Assembly (NCBI GenBank): GCA_904063045.1
Contig: CAJFCJ010000058.1
Location: forward strand, 1 to 64,000
From: Dimorphilus gyrociliatus
Lineage: Eukaryota; Animalia; Annelida
Length of the DNA stretch: 64,000 nt
Direction of reading: 5' to 3'
Part shown: piece after piece, positions 61,670 to 64,000 of the stretch
How positions within the stretch are numbered: position 1 is the first letter of the stretch
Layout of the letters: every line of letters starts with the position of its first letter
The notes under the pieces: generated by a model
The model's input: the letters and a program-made list of their open reading frames with translations, nothing else
Database searches by the model: none
Told to the model about the DNA's origin: nothing
Position numbers and translations under genes: made by a program

Positions 61670-64000
61670 ATGATAAATTCTTTATTGAAATATTATGAAA
61701 AGAAGATAAAAGATGTTTTAGAAAATGATCAACTATTTAATAAGATATTACAAGAAAGCTTTAACTCAAATTTTTCTAATTATCATTTTGATGATACTCT
61801 ACAATTTTTGAACATTTTAGAAAATTTAAAATGTCATGATAAAAAATATTCTGAACTTGGAAACTTGATTAAAAATACATGGTCGAATATTATTGATGAA
61901 AGAAAAATTTATGCTCAAATACATTGGGAAACTTGCCAAAAGTGTCCTCTTAGTTATAATAAAAGTTTTAATATCAGATTTAACGATACAACAACACCAG
62001 TTCAACTTTTATCTACAAAATGTGATAACAGTCAAAAAAATGTTGGTATTTATTTTCACATTGAGCAATTCTTAAGGTTTATAAGGTCCAATTGCCAAAA
62101 AATATTGATTTATGGTGATGAAGGTGTTGGTAAAACGTTCTACTCAATGCAGCTCCTCTCCTTATGGTGTCATAGTAAAGAAATATTTTTACAAGATTAT
62201 TTGATTCTATATATAAACCTTGATGAAATTGAAGACACGAACTCTTGTTCATTTCAAGAAATATTATTCAAGAAAAACTTTGGTAAACATTCAAAAATCT
62301 CTTTTGAATTATTTAAATATTTTTTATCTGATGAATGTAAAGAAAAAGAATCATTTGGAAAAATTCTATTAATTCTTGATGGAGCTGATCAATTAAAGTG
62401 TAAAACATCATCTGAATTTTATAAAATGATATTTTTGGCTAAAACAAAACAACATTTTCCCATAATTGTTTCATCAAGACTTTGGAAAGTTAAACATGTC
62501 CTGGATACTTACAATAGCACATTTGAATTAAAAGGATTTAATGAAGGACAAATCTTTTTGTTTTTCAAAAAATGTCTTCTAGAATCTAATGTTTTCATTC
62601 AAAATACTGAAGATATTAACCTAAATTATTTATCACATGAAACTATAAAGCAAAAGGAAAAGGAAGAGTTCAATCAACTATCAATTCTCTTAAATAATAG
62701 AAATAATCTCTTGTATTGTTGTAAAAATCCTTTAATTGCATATTTGGTATTTGTAATTTGGAAAGAACAGAAATATTTTAATATGATTTTCAGTAAATTT
62801 GAAATATTTCAAATTATTACAACCCTATTTTTAAAAACTAAAAGGATAAGTAAGGGAAAGTTTTGTCATTATTTCAACTATTTAACCCAATTAGCTTTCA
62901 ATGATGTTTTTCAAATTAAATCAACAATGTGGATAAACTCTAAAGTGGATACTTTAAAAATCTATCAAAAATTTCATTGGTTTCTTCTTCCTCCTTCCAA
63001 TAATAAATCAGCTATGAACATTGAATTTTCTCATAGACAATTTAAGGAATATTTTGCAGCAAAGTTTATTGTTGATGCTTATCTTTACAATAATCATTCT
63101 ATAAATTATAAAAAAATTCAACTCATTGAATCAACGATTGGCAATACGGAAAATTTGTTAATTTTTACAAATGTTTTCTCATTTGTCCTTGGCATTGATT
63201 GTGATGTTTTTACAAAATTATTAGCCATTAGACACGATATTTTATCTACTGTTGACATAAATAAAAAGCTTTATAACTATATAATGGATAACTCTACTAC
63301 TGCAATTGAATTATCTGAAATGAGACTACCAATAGAAATTTGGAAGTTAATTCTATATTACTCGAAAAAAGATATCAAAAAGATTAAGTTAACAGATGTA
63401 AAAGTCGATGTTTCAAGTTTTCTTGAAATTGCTGGACAATTTCTAACAAATTCTCTGTCAATACTGGAAATATATGATTTTGATATTCATTCTTCATCAA
63501 TAGAACAACTCTTTGAAACGATTATGGAAAAATTTACAAATTTACAAATTTTAAAGATAAAAAATAACAATTTTCAAAATTCAAAAAAACACATTCAATT
63601 GAATATTAAATCAAATAGTTTACAAGAGTTCTATCTAAAAAATTGCAATTTACAATTGACTAAACTGGCAATTAATTGTTCAAATCTAAGAATATGTAAA
63701 CTGGTAAAAGTTTGCACATTTTTGAATTCTTCTAATTTTAACTTTGTACAATTTATTGGAAATCATTTTTTAAAATTACAAGAATTAAATATTTCTGGAA
63801 TTTCTTTAAAAAAAGATATTGGAAATTTTTTTTTTAAAATATTGAATACATTTTCAATATCATTAACATCATTAAAATGTAATAATTGTGATATTATTGC
63901 ACAGTCTCATCATGTAGCAATGTTTATGAGTAAATATGACAAGTTAATTACATTTGAAATGAAGGGAAATGAATTAATTGGAATAAATCTAGATGACTTT
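61670..64000 (+). CDS. NACHT-LRR (NLR-like) protein, truncated by the window edge
   Basis: Frame open from 61670 to the end (absent from ORF track because no stop in window); Walker A ILIYGDEGVGKT (62114-62137), Walker B ILLILDGADQ, IIVSSR, NPL, FSHRQFKEYFAA, then LRR-like region. Confidence 0.92.
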   Translation, partial: MINSLLKYYEKKIKDVLENDQLFNKILQESFNSNFSNYHFDDTLQFLNILENLKCHDKKYSELGNLIKNTWSNIIDERKIYAQIHWETCQKCPLSYNKSFNIRFNDTTTPVQLLSTKCDNSQKNVGIYFHIEQFLRFIRSNCQKILIYGDEGVGKTFYSMQLLSLWCHSKEIFLQDYLILYINLDEIEDTNSCSFQEILFKKNFGKHSKISFELFKYFLSDECKEKESFGKILLILDGADQLKCKTSSEFYKMIFLAKTKQHFPIIVSSRLWKVKHVLDTYNSTFELKGFNEGQIFLFFKKCLLESNVFIQNTEDINLNYLSHETIKQKEKEEFNQLSILLNNRNNLLYCCKNPLIAYLVFVIWKEQKYFNMIFSKFEIFQIITTLFLKTKRISKGKFCHYFNYLTQLAFNDVFQIKSTMWINSKVDTLKIYQKFHWFLLPPSNNKSAMNIEFSHRQFKEYFAAKFIVDAYLYNNHSINYKKIQLIESTIGNTENLLIFTNVFSFVLGIDCDVFTKLLAIRHDILSTVDINKKLYNYIMDNSTTAIELSEMRLPIEIWKLILYYSKKDIKKIKLTDVKVDVSSFLEIAGQFLTNSLSILEIYDFDIHSSSIEQLFETIMEKFTNLQILKIKNNNFQNSKKHIQLNIKSNSLQEFYLKNCNLQLTKLAINCSNLRICKLVKVCTFLNSSNFNFVQFIGNHFLKLQELNISGISLKKDIGNFFFKILNTFSISLTSLKCNNCDIIAQSHHVAMFMSKYDKLITFEMKGNELIGINLDDF

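Overview
This is a very AT-rich eukaryotic (animal) window with short GT-AG introns of about 50-80 nt. The mix of innexin, TTAGGG motifs and lophotrochozoan-style gene families suggests a compact annelid-like genome such as Dimorphilus; this is an inference, not verified. Intact or likely intact genes: three rhodopsin-class GPCRs, an innexin, DHDH, a RING-B-box-coiled-coil-LRR protein, an LRR-only protein, a NACHT-LRR (NLR) running off the right edge, and several secreted mosaic proteins (PAN/trefoil, discoidin, SRCR, C-lectin, FAMeT-like, Caspr-type fibrinogen-like). At least four of the secreted proteins end in what looks like the same unnamed Cys-rich terminal module. Manual splicing reveals a five-exon gene encoding a soluble acetylcholine-binding-protein-like product (16823-15933, minus strand) that the ORF track misses; it has one unresolved 1-nt junction problem. 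Mobile DNA: two PHD+FLYWCH+DDE Mutator (MULE) elements (one with both TIRs and a perfect 9-bp TSD), a non-autonomous MULE with tandem-repeat TIRs, a TTAGGG-carrying MITE family, Tc1/mariner remnants and BEL/Pao fragments. There are also several local duplications and pseudogenes. All domain calls are by eye from motifs; no database searches were run.
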